Source: Phoronis australis (taxonomy: Eukaryota; Animalia; Phoronida). From it: 64,000 bases of DNA. The stretch lies in NCBI GenBank assembly GCA_002633005.1, contig NMRA01000088.1, positions 182,186 through 246,185 of the forward strand, in the 5' to 3' direction. Under the pieces are notes generated by a model. That model was given only the letters and a program-made list of their open reading frames with translations. It had not been told where the DNA came from and searched no databases. The position numbers and the translations under genes were made by a program. Shown one piece after another: positions 1-13,702 of this stretch (the stretch's first letter is position 1; the number at the start of each line of letters is the position of its first letter).

Positions 1-1127
1 CGGATCTTGGATTCAACTGCAGTGTCAATATTGTCGATAGCTCAAACTGTCGTTATTTGTTTTTCTCGTTTTGATCATGGCCGCGGAGGGACCGGGCCCC
101 TGCTCCCTTGCGTCCGCTTCTGTAGGACACAGAGCTTTGCTATACACCGGCTCATGTTACATTACAAGGGAATATCGCACATGTGGCTCCTCGAATGTAA
201 ACGGCTTCGGTGCGAAGACAGTGCCTAAGTGCAGATGTGGGACACTTCTCGCGTTAAACTAAGAATATCGTACGAGTGGCTGTTTTGCTTTCAATGACTT
301 CCGCGCAAAGGCAACGTCATTGGGCATTTGAGCATTTTCTTACGACATTCCGAGATGAAATGAATTCTCGATAGGATATGGCAGGAGTATCCCTATGTAT
401 GTATTGGACATAAAAAGCAACGTTTGATATTTTCTTCTGCTGGTGTATCTGGTAAATTGTCTCTTTGTTTAACTATATTGAGCGGACTCGCGAAATGTCA
501 TTGATTGTCGATTTCTTTGACATATTATTTGGTACTTTTAGGCAAGCAGACTCGTGGACGAGGTGGTCTCGCCACGTGACTAGTCATCTGAGATGTCTGA
601 CAAGGTTTACTTGAGGTCGTTGCTGTGTTTTTATGCCACTCAACCTGTGTTCTTAGTCAGTTTGGAGAAAACGATGAGTTGGCCCGTTTTAATTTTGTTG
701 TGCAATGGCCAAACTTCCTGATATATATGAAAAATGGCAATAGTTTCGTTTACATGGGCCCCGAATTTTGATATCAAATTCCTCCTCGTCAATCTGGTTC
801 TCAAAATCCAGGACCCCTGTAAGTGACCATTGCCGGGGAAAACGGCTGAGTCAAATGAGATTATTGGCTGTTATTTTAGCAGCACTCAGATTGGCTGCAC
901 TTGACTGGCTTCGCCGATTCCGCCGGGTTAACTGGCTAAGACTTCTGATTGGTTTCAGATGACCTCTTTCAGCGTAGAGACCAATCAGATGTCTTAACCG
1001 GTTGACCCTGTCAATCAAGTGGGCCCATTGCGAAATAAATTCTGTTAGCCTACAATCACTTAAGTCCCGTTTAGACATCAACTTTTGGCCAGGCGAAACT
1101 GACACTGAGTAAATTGACCGTGTCAAG

Positions 1128-1461
1128 CGGGCGTTTACACACACAACTAACCGTGGCAAGACGGAAATTAAAGGCTGGAGAGACTGGATCGCACATGCGC
1201 AGGTTTACAAATGACGAGAGTAATGCAATGACAAAGAACCCGTAGATAAGTCATTAGGCAAGCGCAGTAGAGATGATCCTTTCCGCCTTGCTCCAGTTTC
1301 GGCGCAAGATGTTCGGGCGCAAATTGCTCTACCTCCGCACAAACGGGTGGCAAAAATTTGTCACCGCGGTGTCAGTTTGCTCCGTGTCAGTCCGTTTACA
1401 CACTGGGACAACTTGTTCCGTGTCAGCTGATCCATGTCAACTTTGTAAGTGTAAACGGTTC
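1128..1461. mobile_element. PIF/Harbinger-like non-autonomous element; related left end at ~21146-21260
   Basis: Inverted ends CGTTTACAC...GTGTAAACG; the first ~100 bp resemble 21146-21260. Confidence 0.4.
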
Positions 1462-2188
1462 TTTAGGTTGTCTTCGTCTTAGGCGAATTTGATAGGTTGC
1501 GGAATTGTCTTGAGCGAATTCATTTTGAATCGTCATTTGGAATCCTCATTTACTATTTGTCTAGTACTTCTGTTATGCTGTATTTACGTTGTATTTTTAT
1601 ATTTTTAACGGAGCATTTCTGAGAGAATTTTGCCGTTTTGGTTGCTTCGTGTCGATATATTTATTCATGTATGAAACGCACAGTAGCTAGTGAAATTGTG
1701 ATGGAGAATTCGCTATCTTCTTTTACGATGTTTCTTCTGAAGTATGAGGCCTATCAGTTTCGTACCTTATAAACTTATTGTGAAGGCATTTGTCATTTTC
1801 TGAAATTAACTGGATGTATGTTAAATATATTGACGCTGATGTTGGCCAATAGTGAAATATATAATTATTCGATGTATGTTGATTTACGTGAACTGAGTTG
1901 AGAGTAAACTTTTTTGCGGAAGGTTTTGTTACCGTTCAGTCGTCTGGTGTCAGTGACGCGGGTTCTTGACGTGCTCGTTCAATATAAAGCTCGTTCATTT
2001 CACTACATATAGTAATACCAGCTTTTGCAACAGGTTTCGAGGGTAAATCATATTTTGTAATATGAAATTTCAGATTCACCCGTTTCAGATTCACTAGTCG
2101 CGTTAGGTCATAAGAGTTGGTAGACTGCAGTTGCCGCCAGGCCTAGTAGAATTCTTTGCATGAAAATAGCGCATTATTTCTTTTTCAG

Positions 2189-2427
2189 GACACTACGTTT
2201 GTCAAATATGTAACAGCGTTATCAAGTTGAGGCGTCACGCACGCCGTCACATGTACGGCCATCTCGGCTACAGCTACGAATGTCAAATGTGCGACTCAAA
2301 GTTCAAGAGAATGGATAACTTCAAAGCGCATTCCCGTAGAGTACACGGCGTCGAAGATGTGCCGAGCGTCCGCCAGGTTGTGTCGACGACAATACTTTTG
2401 AGCTCGAAAGGCAAGACTACACCATGA
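2189..2427 (+). CDS. Terminal coding exon with two C2H2 zinc fingers; upstream exons not identified (probably left of the window)
   Basis: Acceptor TTTCTTTTTCAG|GA at 2188/2189 opens HYVCQICNSVIKLRRHARRHMYGH-LGYS-YECQMCDSKFKRMDNFKAHSRRVH, i.e. two CxxC-x12-Hx3/4H fingers; TGA ends at 2427. Confidence 0.75.
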
Positions 2428-2486
2428 CACGGGTGCCATCATTGCCGAATCAAAAACCCCCGACTGAGATGACCAACTCACCTGGA

Positions 2487-2615
2487 TAGAGTTCAGTGGC
2501 TGTCTCGCGGCTAGAAAAAAAATGTAGCCAAAGTCACGTGCTCTCATTGAAAATAAATGGCAAAGTCTCGTTTAATCTCGCGAAGTCTTGCTTTTTAGCG
2601 AGGTCCTAGCCTTAC
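2487..2615. mobile_element. Degenerate copy of a ~135-bp MITE family (other copies ~3728-3860, ~35050-35152 reversed, 56574-56711)
   Basis: Shared core TAATCTCGYGAAGTCTTG...TAGCGAGGTCCTAGC and AGAGTTCA/TGAACTCT ends. Confidence 0.6.
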
Positions 2616-2907
2616 TCGCGGACGTTTTGCACCTTTTTCCGAGTGTCCACTTTGCCTTATATCTTATAATTTCAGTCATTGCGTTAAACCCATGTTTAAA
2701 ATTCTCTCAATGTCATGATTTAGGTCTTATTTGGATTTTAATACCGCGAGTTTGCTCTTGAACGATAACGCTATGAACAGAATCTGCGGCTGCCTTTGCC
2801 GCCACGAACTTGATTAATTCTGTTTGAAATTGACAATTTTGAGTAGACCTACATGTATTTATCATTGTATAACATGAAGGGATATTATCTCATTTTTGAG
2901 TTTATTG

Positions 2908-3050
2908 TTGGATGGGATAGACTTGAAATTATTAGCTTTGATTAGAGCTATTAAACAACAAAATCCGTTGTTTGTGTGATTTTATTACTAATTGCTAATT
3001 CTCGCCCATTGTCTGTCAGACATTCGTTGAAATCAAGGTCGGTGTCAGTC
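2908..3050. repeat. Dispersed repeat, second copy ~20866-21017
   Basis: TTGGAYGGGRTAGACTT...AAACAACAAAATCCGTTG...TTGTCTG...AAATCAAGG is shared between the two sites. Confidence 0.65.
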
Positions 3051-3088
3051 TCGTATTTAAACACGCTTAATGTACTCTGACATCTAAG

Positions 3089-3162
3089 CCCTGAGGTTTG
3101 GCTCAGCGGCATAGCGTTTGGCTGCCCGTGCGAAGCTTGTGGTTTCGAATCCACGCTCCTGG
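3089..3162 (+). mobile_element. tRNA-derived SINE head or tRNA pseudogene
   Basis: Pol III A-box-like TGGCTCAGCGG and B-box-like GGTTTCGAATCC at tRNA spacing; no clean cloverleaf. A similar B box (GGTTCGATTCC) lies at ~21484-21494. Confidence 0.45.
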
Positions 3163-3510
3163 TAGTTACAATACTACTTTTCTCGCGTAAAATGCTGCTC
3201 TTTGGGTTGCTGCACTAAAGTCTGTCATGTGAACGATTCGTTTGTGGGGTTACTTCCTGTGCTGACTAGTGAGAAGCAGTCTGTTCAGTTGTTAGATAGG
3301 CATTACAATAATCCCGCATAATCGGTGTACAAAATCAGCCTCATTACGACTTCGAGTCAGCTCGAGAGCTTATCTGTAAATAACTGTTGCAGTTGTCAAT
3401 CGAGATTGCAAACACATTTTGTGACTGCATTAACATACAAGGACAAACGTCAAAGCAAATATTACATTCTATTTCATGCCACGAGGGATAGAACTGTCAA
3501 ATGATGGTGA

Positions 3511-3672
3511 CGTAGGCGGATTCACGGGGAGTGGGTCAAGGGGTGCGAACCCCCCTTTTCCCTTGATTTTAGTGATGTCAAATCTAGGATTTTCAAATTG
3601 TTGTCTTGGACCCCCTTTTTAAAAAATCCTTGATCCGATCACCCATTTTAAAAAATCATGGATCTGCGCATG
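3511..3672. mobile_element. MITE with 5-bp target-site duplication (hAT5-like)
   Basis: Imperfect TIRs CGTAGGCGGAT / ATCTGCGCATG flanked by GGTGA on both sides (3506-3510, 3673-3677). Confidence 0.65.
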
Positions 3673-6600
3673 GGTGATCATTCTGGTTTGAGTTATTCGC
3701 ACTGGTGATGCCCTCGCAAACTAGGGAAGAGTTCATTAGCTATCTCGCGCGTAGATAAATCTAGCCAAAATCATGTGTTCTGATTTAAAATACACGACAA
3801 TCTCTCGCGTAATCTCGTGAAGTCTTGTTTTACTAACGATGCCCTAGCCTTATTGAACTCTGTCTAATATCACATCACGTGCCACGACCAGTGCTCAGTC
3901 TTATGGCTATGACGCCTCGCATTTACCAAAAAACTTAAAACTTGATGTGTGGCGATTATCAGTGCCTTGGTTCAGCCCTTAGACACTTAACTAAATGTCA
4001 CTCTGGTCACACGAGGGCGCTGCGAATCCTTTGGAATGGCCGAGACACAACATGTACTTCGCACAGGACGCTCATAACTAAAAACTTACCATTAATGACT
4101 TTCTAAAACCATAATTTCTGTTGGTCTGTTTACCACCAGTCATATACATTGGCGTGACGTTTCGATCGTCATTTTTCCGGTCATCTTCAGTGTCTTAAAA
4201 GAACGAACATGAGTATCTGGTGCACTCAGGTGGCACTGAATAGTTAGCGCTGCGGCCGCGTCCAATTTGCACTGCCAAAATATTAAAATTTTGGGGTAGG
4301 CCAAATTTGGGGGCATTTTGTAGGTGGGCATTGCATGTAGGCTCAGTGAATGTGGTTTGTTTGTATTTATGAACATAATGAGAATGAAATAAGGCCACAT
4401 TCTCGGCTGTAGCTGCACTCTTCTTCAAGATGGTGGCCCCCTGTTGTGCATTGCTGTATAGCAACTAAGAAATTGGCTGCGATTTCAGGTAGCCCTCAAA
4501 CAAGCCAGATTTGCAAAAAAAAACTAGTTGGTTGACAGTATTTTTGTACCACATTTTTGGAATCGGTAGGAAATTTGCTTTCGCAATCTAATGTTGGCTT
4601 TAGTCGAGCATCAGCAGGGAAGTGGTGATTTTAGGGTGAAAAGTGCCGACTTTGGCATTTTTGCCCTTATTTTTCTTAGTTCAGCTTGGTTTCCACTGGG
4701 AGTGAAAGGGCAAAAAATACAAGAGAGTACAAAGTTTCTGTGCTGATCTGTAGGGCTTGTGATGTGAAATGACTCAAAACTTTCTTTATTTGCATGTAGT
4801 TTTTGACAGAGTGAAGAAAGGGTGAAGAGTCCATTGACGTGTGTTCTGATAGGCAAATCCCTATGAGAACTGTACAGTGCCTCCTCATGGTGGGCACCAG
4901 GATTGTAGGCCTATTTTTCATAGTACACGGTGGTGTTTGAACCCTGAACGTTTCGATTCAGTTCAACGTCCCACAAGACTACCATTTACTTCGAGGGAAA
5001 TTTGCTGATACTTGTAACCTTCCTGATGGGTTGAAATATGCATTTTAGGGTAGGGCAGACTTATTGAAGTCAGTGTTTTTGACTTCAACCTTTAAATAAT
5101 GAACGAAATACATGGCGTTGTAGTGAATTTGTTGTAAGTCACCAATTCCCGACGTTGGCACGACCTTATCAGCTATTCGTCGTAGAAGGGAAAACGGTCC
5201 CGAAAACGCCGGCGATGATGCTGATCAAAGCCAAGAGAGAACTCTCTTGAGTGTATATGAAAAGAAGAGACGAACAGCTGAACCATATTGGAAAAGGAAC
5301 TTTTTAGAATAATCATTTTGCCGGGAGCGAAACTGGTCGTTGATCTGCCGTGCGAGATGAGTTGAACATTTTCATAATCAAGGTCACGAAAAAAGTAAAA
5401 TTGGTTCTGGAGTTACCCCAAATTATTTTGTGCTGTTCACCGATCTAAAAAAAAACGTCGGTATCAATTTTAGCCAAGACTTCGCGTGCTGTTCTGAAAC
5501 GTTTCACAAACGTTTCAAACAATTGTAAGCAAGGTTTAAAACGCCTTATGATTTACCATGCGATGATTGAAAATGAATCGCTCATCATTTTTACTCTTCC
5601 CGTGTGGATTTTTTTGAAAAAGTGGGCAGCTAAACTCATACCGCACCACCGGCTGATTTTCAAAAACAACCAAAGACCAGAATCGATTATACTTTTTGGC
5701 CTAATAGCGACTTCCGTTTTGATGCACGGATATGCTCTTCCGCAAGCAGTTAATTGCACGTCTCGTGACGGGAAATCTACAAATGACTGTTGAAGTTTAG
5801 TTCTGGGTAAAATTTGCGAAATTCTGTTCACCTTTGCGCAGTTTACTCCTGAATGCTTCATTGTTGCGGATTACGTCACCATACAAGATGAGTCATAGTC
5901 GCAGGTACGGAATAACGTGTGTAATGGAGCGAATGAACCCAACCACGGCAGTAACTAAACGAGGGTTTTGTTTGAAAGTACTTGGTTGATTAATTGTGCG
6001 TGAATTAATTTTCCGTCAGTTCAAAGAGCTCATGAATAAATCTATTTGTACTTACCGTATGCTGAAAGTTTGCCAGACAGAACAAAGCGAGTAGTCCCAG
6101 AAATTCTTAAACAAAGTTTTACATAATTTTAACTCTATGTTCAGCATTGCTAGTGGGTGTTTTGTTGCATTCACAAAAAGCATTCCTATTTGGATAAATA
6201 ATCCAGTGTCTTTACCATGAAATGGTGAGTAATAAAAATATGGATAAGAGAACTTCAAATGCTTAAATGCTTCATCTTTTGGTGATTACTAATATTTCTT
6301 CATGGCGAAGTTTCCATAGACAAGCCCAAGGCTTACTTTCGGCAGATGTCATTTTCGGGACAAAATAACGAATCCAAACTTGTTCGCCCTTGCGTTTTAG
6401 CTGTGCCGAATATACCCCCCCCCCCAGTAGTATTATCAGACTGCTGAATATATGTGCCATGACCAATTTCAAGGCGTGTTGTCGACGTATTAGGTACTAG
6501 TTTGCGATCGAAATAATCGGGTTTTAACGTTGCTTCATTTCTTATGGAAACGCGGTTCTCCCGAATATGCGACCTGGGCGCATTTTCTCCTCAGTTCTAT

Positions 6601-6835
6601 ACCCCCACATGTCATATATCCGGCTGGGCTTGTGCACATAAAATTCCAGCATGCGTGCTCGATTGGCAATCCGCATTTATAGACAGCGCACTGCAGAGAC
6701 TTAGTGGCATAAAACGCCTGTTAAGTTAGTGAGGCGACGTGAAAACGTTTCAACTACAGGAAGTTCTACAATGTTAATGTTGGCAAAGGGTAATGACGAT
6801 GTTTCACTGAATGGTTCATCAACTAATTGCATGTC

Positions 6836-8352
6836 AACTTAGTGTTCATTGCCACTGGAAGGCATTTTCCATGGTAAAAGCTTCCTGTTGTCATGACAAC
6901 GATTTCACACGTTACGTATCGTGATATATTTTTATGGACAAGTTCAGCGCGCTCTTTTCAATGTTGGGTAATTAAGGGCGAATTCTCGTTACACGATTGT
7001 AGATCTAAGTGTATCGAAGCAAATGAAAATGGCTAGAAGACAACAATATCAGAGGCTGTTCAAGTTGCTGGATCTGTGATGGGTGAATGAAGACGGTTAA
7101 AATTCAAATTGACAAGTCCAAGTTTTGTACGTCATACATTGAAGAGAATCACGATCTTGGGTCCGGTTTCTAAAAACTCACCAAAGCCGTGTGTCCTTGA
7201 AATCTCTAACAATAATGACGGGAAAAATTAATCGTGGTCCCTAGAAAATCTGATACACAGTCAGTCAAATGCCACAGCGCCACCTCAGTGTAGAGCTGAT
7301 TGGCCCTGTGAAAGGACGGTGAACGGCACGCATGTGTGTAGGCATGCACGTATAGACATGCACGTGTAGGCATGCATTAGTGCGCATGCCCTGCTTTGGA
7401 CGTTTGTCGCTTACTTTTGGTGAGGGATTGAGCCACAAACATGGTGAATCTTGTTTTGTTTGACGCCTTGAAATCTAGAGTGTGTCAAAACCGAACTTGT
7501 GTAGCATTCACGGATTTAGTCTGTTATTGCGGTTTCATCAACAGTAAGCCACAAAGACCTTTTCAAAATATGTGGAGCAGTATACTTGTTCATNAACTTA
7601 GTGTTCATTGCCACTGGAAGGCATTTTCCATGGTAAAAGCTTCCTGTTGTCATGACAACGATTTCACGCATTACGTATCGTGATATATTTTTATGGACAA
7701 GTTCAGCGCGCTCTTTTCAATGTTGGGTAATTAAGGGCGAATTCTCGTTACACGATTGTAGATCTAAGTGTATCGAAGCAAATGAAAATGGCTAGAAGAC
7801 AACAATATCAGAGGCTGTTCAAGATGCTGGATCTGTGATGGGTGAATGAAGACGGTTAAAATTCAAATTGACTAGTCCAAGTTTTGTACGTCATACATTG
7901 AAGAGAATCACGATCTTGGGTCCGGTTTCTAAAAACTCACCAAAGCCGTGTGTCCTTGAAATCTCTAACAATAATGACGGGAAAAATTAATCGTGGTCCC
8001 TAGAAAATCTGATACACAGTCAGTCAAATGCCACAGCGCCACCTCAGTGTAGAGCTGATTGGCCCTGTGAAAGGACGGTGAACGGCACGCATGTGTGTAG
8101 GCATGCACGTATAGACATGCACGTGTAGGCATGCATTAGTGCGCATGCCCTGCTTTGGACGTTTGTCGCTTACTTTTGGTGAGGGATTGAGCCACAAACA
8201 TGGTGAATCTTGTTTTGTTTGACGCCTTGAAATCTAGAGTGTGTCAAAACCGAACTTGTGTAGCATTCACGGATTTAGTCTGTTATTGCGGTTTCATCAA
8301 CAGTAAGCCACAAAGACCTTTTCAAAATATGTGGAGCAGTATACTTGTTCAT
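6836..8352. repeat. ~758-bp near-identical direct duplication split by a single N (probable haplotype/contig-overlap artefact)
   Basis: 6836-7593 is repeated at 7595-8352 with only a few differences; the N at 7594 sits exactly at the junction. Confidence 0.9.
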
Positions 8353-10857
8353 TCTCAAAATTATCCAATCGGAATGTTTGATTGTCATTTTCCAACCATT
8401 CGAAATATCCGAATGTTACTTCGGTTTCTTTGACCATGACATAATTTTTAAAGTTCGACTTGAGGAAGTGTTTTCGGTGCGATATCTCAGGAAGGGAACT
8501 TGACGACTAGTTTGTATTTTGTATCAAGGTGTGTATGGGGCAGTTCCAAACGTGAGTCAATTTTAGTATCCTCGGTCTCATTTTTAGAGAAACCTGGAAC
8601 AAGAAAACTAAAAATACCTTTTACTGTTAATGACGAATCTACTTCTCCACGTTGAATATTGTAAGAATTTATGGAAAAATATTCAGATTCACTATTTTTG
8701 AAACACAGACAAAATGTAAACTTTTTCACCCCAATGCTGTTTTCAAATTCTCCGCCCCTAATCATTATGATAATATAATGCTCGCATGCACTCAAAGAAT
8801 TGCCCTGTGAACATTTCTCAAGTGCACATAACCTGGTTCTCAGGGTTCACAGCTGTGACGTCACTGATAGCGTGAGGTCTGTGCAGGAGACAAAAGTGCA
8901 ATATCACCATTGTTTTGTTTAAATCAAATGTCAAATGTCACATTTTCAATATAGGAATGGTTAGCATGACGTCATTTTGACGTGTTGGACCCAGTGTGAC
9001 GGCATGTCTATTCTTATTTCCGAGTCCAAATTGCGTCATCTGCTGCCATGACACGCCATAACTATACATCCGAATTATGGGAAATGTGCTACGTCTACGT
9101 CTTGCCATACCAAAGAAGGAGAGGTGCTCTGCCTTGTGCGAGAAAAGTCGACGAAATGGCGAGCAGTTGACAGGCCGTTTTTTTTAATTTGAAACTAAAG
9201 GAAAAATGCTTTGACATCAACAGAAATTCAAAATCTTTCAAAGCTAACATACCGTATACCTGGTGAGCAGTTGTATTTCTGTTTCAGTGACAGAAAAACA
9301 CGTCTTTAAATAATACAATTTAGTCTGTTTTTCGCGTTCTATGCGCCTTTAAGGGCGCCATTTGTAAAACCCTCCAATTACACTTTTTGCGCACATCCCT
9401 AGTGTAATTTTAACCTCGGATGACTAGGAAAGATGTCAGTCGCAACATCAAAAGCGTAGAACTGACCTATATAGTTAGAGTTGGCGAGGCTTCGTTGCGC
9501 GCGTTATCGTATCTGATCATGAACAGTGTTAAAATCAGCCCTAATTTATAAAAGCTTTTAACACGGAATTTCGAGAAGTAACCTTCGCGATGTTTTTCAG
9601 TAAGAAATATCAACACGGTTGAATCTTTGATCTTTTAAAAGCGACAAACTAGTAATTGAAATCACAACAACTTTAAATGGAATCCGTAAGACTGAAAAAT
9701 TTTCACTTCATTAGTTCAGGGATCTCCACATACAATAGGCTGGTTGGCAATAGGCAAGTATAATGTGCCTGGAGTTTCAGAAGGCTTTGGGCGTAACAAC
9801 TAGTCTATAAATAGAAAATCTCGTCATGACAGCTAGAAAATCAAAATATTATTTTAGTGATATCTCAAGAAAGGAGGTTTAGGCCACTTTCAAATTTTTG
9901 TAGTGACATGTCGGTGCGGTTCACGAGATCCCCCCAGGTTCTAATTAAAAATGCATTCGTCTCTTCGGAAGTGATCACCCGCTAGCTTTGTGCGATAACT
10001 CATTGTGGGCAACTGTTACTATGTATACCATTTTCAAAAATTGCCGACGAGTGATTCTCGGACAATCTTAGGTTGCAATAGGACTCTGGTCGATTTGGAT
10101 TTAGCCACTGATTGATCTGCAGTGAACGAAAAATAGGTGGAGTCGGCGTCTACAAAAATTCAAATCACGTACATGTACATGACGAAGTTGTGCTGGTTGC
10201 TGGCTTTGTACGCAGCGGTGCATGCCAAGAATTTGTACGATGACACTTGACCTACCTCGAAATCCATCGCTCCCCGCTGGTTTAGTATGTTGCACAACCC
10301 AGAGCACAGAACAACACGCGAGGTCTGGCGGCAACATTCGGTTAAAAGACACAGGCTAAAAATCACATTTCTTGTCCGATTTTAAAAATTCAAAAAACCA
10401 TACAAAGTCTACTTTTCATGAACAATTCAAATATGCTATTTAAAAACTTTCAAATCGAAAATTAATACTAGAATTCGTCGCCCCCAGTGTGTTTATGGTG
10501 GGTCTAATCATCTAAGAAGGGTAACATCAGCTGCCTGAGGCAATTTAATTAACCACGACAACATGAGGTCTTTGATCCGAACCGGCAATTGCTGAGGTAC
10601 GCGAACCGGTCGAGTTGTCCAATCTCGACTGGTTTGGGTGTCAACGTAGGATTCTTGTCGTGAACTTTGTGGTTTTAGTCACTGCAGTGACTGCAGCTAT
10701 GTAGCGACGCTTCGCGTTTCTAACAAGCACTCTAAGCAGGGAGCGACGGAGCAGAGAAGGAAAATGGCGACGGTTTGTCATCCTTTTTCAGAACATATTT
10801 ACCCGCTACCTTCACGATCTCTGCTTGCATTTCGCTTTCGTAATCATAGAGTTTGCC

Positions 10858-10938
10858 ACGCACACGCGCACGCACACACACACGCACACGCACGCACGCA
10901 CGCAAGCTCACACAAACAAACACACGCGCGCGCGCACG
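10858..10938. repeat. Compound (CA)n/(CACG)n microsatellite
   Basis: cacacgcgcacgcacacacacacgcacacgcacgcacgcacgc... seen directly. Confidence 0.9.
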
Positions 10939-13085
10939 ATAGTTTTGTTCCACTTGAGCCGTGGCATGAAAGGCCAAGCTGAACTTTTGACACAAACGAG
11001 CCAACACCGACAGATTTTGTTTGTCACTTTAAGATGATGAAACGACATCTGTTGTCTTTCAACTTCGTATTGTTGAATCAATAACATGGCCTTTCTACCC
11101 CACGACTGTTTGCAAATTAAGCCACTTAATCTAATCACTCAGTAGTAGAATTAGTGTAATCTGCGTGTAATAGGATGGTCTTCCTAGACGTAATATTCTT
11201 AGCTGCAGTTTATGGCTATTGGCGGGTACTGTAAAGCCTCTCAAACGAAGTCGTCTCGAGCTATTTATAATGTTTCTGGAAATATATTGATATTCATGTT
11301 TGCCCATAGGATGGTATTTTAAAACATTGAATTATTTCTCGTCCACAAGGCAGGATGTTTGCGATCTAGGATATCACGAAGGGGTCTCCTGCCACTATGT
11401 GCGAAGTAGACGGGTTCGCTGTAGCCCTAAAATTGTATTTTCACGAGAGATTTTCCACTAGGCGTCAAAATCATACAATTTGATCAATGTAAATTTGGCT
11501 TCAAATTTCAGGAAATATTATAATATCTTTGCCACGACATCTGTATATCAAATTGCTGAAATGAAACGAATGAAGTCAACTAGTTTTCAGTCTTACTACA
11601 GTTTGTGTTCATTGTGATTTTTTCTTCCGTGTAACCGTAGGCGTGGCGTGTTTGGACTTTTTGGGGCACCAATGCTGGATTTGCCCGAAGATATTATTGC
11701 GAAGATTTGACCCATTTCTTTCAATCTCATTTCCCCTCGCTGCCATTCACTGACTCCTGCGTGTCTGGTCATAATGAGACCAAGATATATTGTCTGCTAC
11801 CAAACCGCCAAGGCTCGTTCATGCATCTTGAAGAATGTTTCCTTAAAATGTTCCGTAAAATTGTTACTCGAGATAACACAGTTAGTGATTGTGCAGTTTG
11901 TGCGTTCATGAGATGAATTTTCAAGATTCCGGAAAAAATGCGCAAGAAATCTGCAAGAAGATTTGCAAGAACGGGGCGAGTCATTACTGGTACAAACTAC
12001 TAGATTACGTCATAAATCTGAAATAACAAAAATGGCAGTACATCGACACCAAAACTCTTTATTTAATGTGCAATGGCATGTCTATAGTTACTTCTTTGTG
12101 ATTTAGAGTGGGAATTTTAACAAATACAAAAAAACGTCTTTTATCTAGTACACAACCTGATCTAGAGAATGAGGATTTAAAAAGAGTTTAATTACAAGAA
12201 CATTTGTCAGCGACGAGTAATTACTCCCTAGGCGATAAAGCTTTTGAAGTAATGATTGATACAGATTCATTTTTATAAATTAATAATGACCGCGACAAGG
12301 TGAGATAATGCAGTGGTCTTTGCCTCTATGATTGTCGGGGAAACAGCCATTTTCTCAACTACTCGCGTAAAAAAATAGGCAAACTATTGTCTTAAAGGGA
12401 TATTCTCGGCAAGAAATGTACTTTTACGGAAACTAACAGCAGCGCGTAATCGAACACAATAGCTCCGCCGAACCCTTGTCAGCGGAGTCAAGTCCTACGC
12501 TATAAATAGTAGAATATTTTAAATGCATTTAAATGATAATAACACCGGCCTCGACTTCACCGAACGACGAGAATTGGTGATCTGTAATAAAATCCCAAAA
12601 GCACAACGGATTTGGTTGTTTTTTTAACTCTGGTCAAAGCTAATAATTTCAAGAGATCTATCCCATCCAACAATAATCTTAAAAATGCTTTTTCAGCTGT
12701 AAAACCTATAATTTCCCTTTAATACGAGTGTTAACCGAAATTTACCGAATACACTGACCACGTACAGATACATCAAAAAGTACTCCACTCAATTGTACTG
12801 TGAATCGCGATACACATGTTTTGAACTTGTGATAGAGGTGATCACTAGATCAACTCGTGATAAATTAACACCGAATACAAAAATACATGTATGTGCAAAG
12901 AAGCCGCAGGTAAAACGAATATTGACCTTTTTACGGATTGTCAGATACGTCACACCACAATGGATTGTGGGATACGGTCATCTAAAGCAGAATGAAATCA
13001 ACAAAATGAAAACAGTGGATGGCTTGAATATTACACAAATAACAAACGGTAAAAAGGCCAATAGTCTAGCTACTACCATATAATA

Positions 13086-13702
13086 TTAGTCGTCTTTGTC
13101 GCTATTCTCTATATCAGCCGACAGTTCTGGACTGTCGTCAACGCGTTTCGCGTATAAGACTTTATTGTCCTCGTTCCCACGTGCACACGCTGGCGATCTG
13201 CTCAGCGGATTAAGAGGCACATGCTCCCGGCGGAAACTCTTGTGTTCAATATATTTGCGCTTGTTGAATCGACTGGTAGTGGTTCTCTGTTTAGAAAGCG
13301 AGGACGTTGGAACGCTGTTCTTACCTTGTCTACATAACATAAAATAAGAAATGACCGCGAACACACCGACCAGAGTTACGATCGCACCCACAACACTCAC
13401 TAAAATCCACACAGTGCCGCTGGAATTTAATTTGTCGTCCTTGTCTGAAGGCGACATCGTATGACAGACTTTCGAATACACTCGAGAACCAACGAAAATT
13501 TCAAAACAGACTTGGTGGTTATGACCATCTTTGAGAATGAATTCCATACCACTCGTACCGTTTTTGAAAGTGACGCTGTTCCATTTTGGGGACACAATGG
13601 ATCTTTCTTTTATTGTAAATAATGATTTGTCGCAATCATAGTTGTTCCATTTCGCGACATTGCCTTCTATATCGATTTCTAAGACCGGTTCCGTATTCAA
13701 AT
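13086..13702 (-). CDS. Terminal exon of an orphan single-pass (type I) membrane protein
   Basis: Acceptor TTTTTTCAG|AT; 204-codon open frame with a beta-rich, Cys/Trp-containing ectodomain with N-glycosylation sequons (NGT, NSS), TM segment VWILVSVVGAIVTLVGVFAVISYFMLC followed by basic residues, and a ~80-aa tail. Minus-strand AATAAA near 12058-12063. Confidence 0.7.

Noticed and set aside
7-262. ORFs with Cys/His spacing resembling a zinc finger (CVRFC-x12-H-x5-H) and an acceptor TGTAG|GACAC
   Set aside because: The hydrophobic pattern is off and the acceptor frame that would parallel the 2189 exon encodes no finger; chance cannot be excluded.
3089-3162. Functional tRNA gene
   Set aside because: A and B boxes are present but the stems pair poorly; treated as a SINE head or pseudogene.
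8985-10491. CCCAGTGTG ends reminiscent of Chapaev/Transib termini
   Set aside because: Both are in the same orientation, with no matching inverted partner, TSD or transposase fragment identified.
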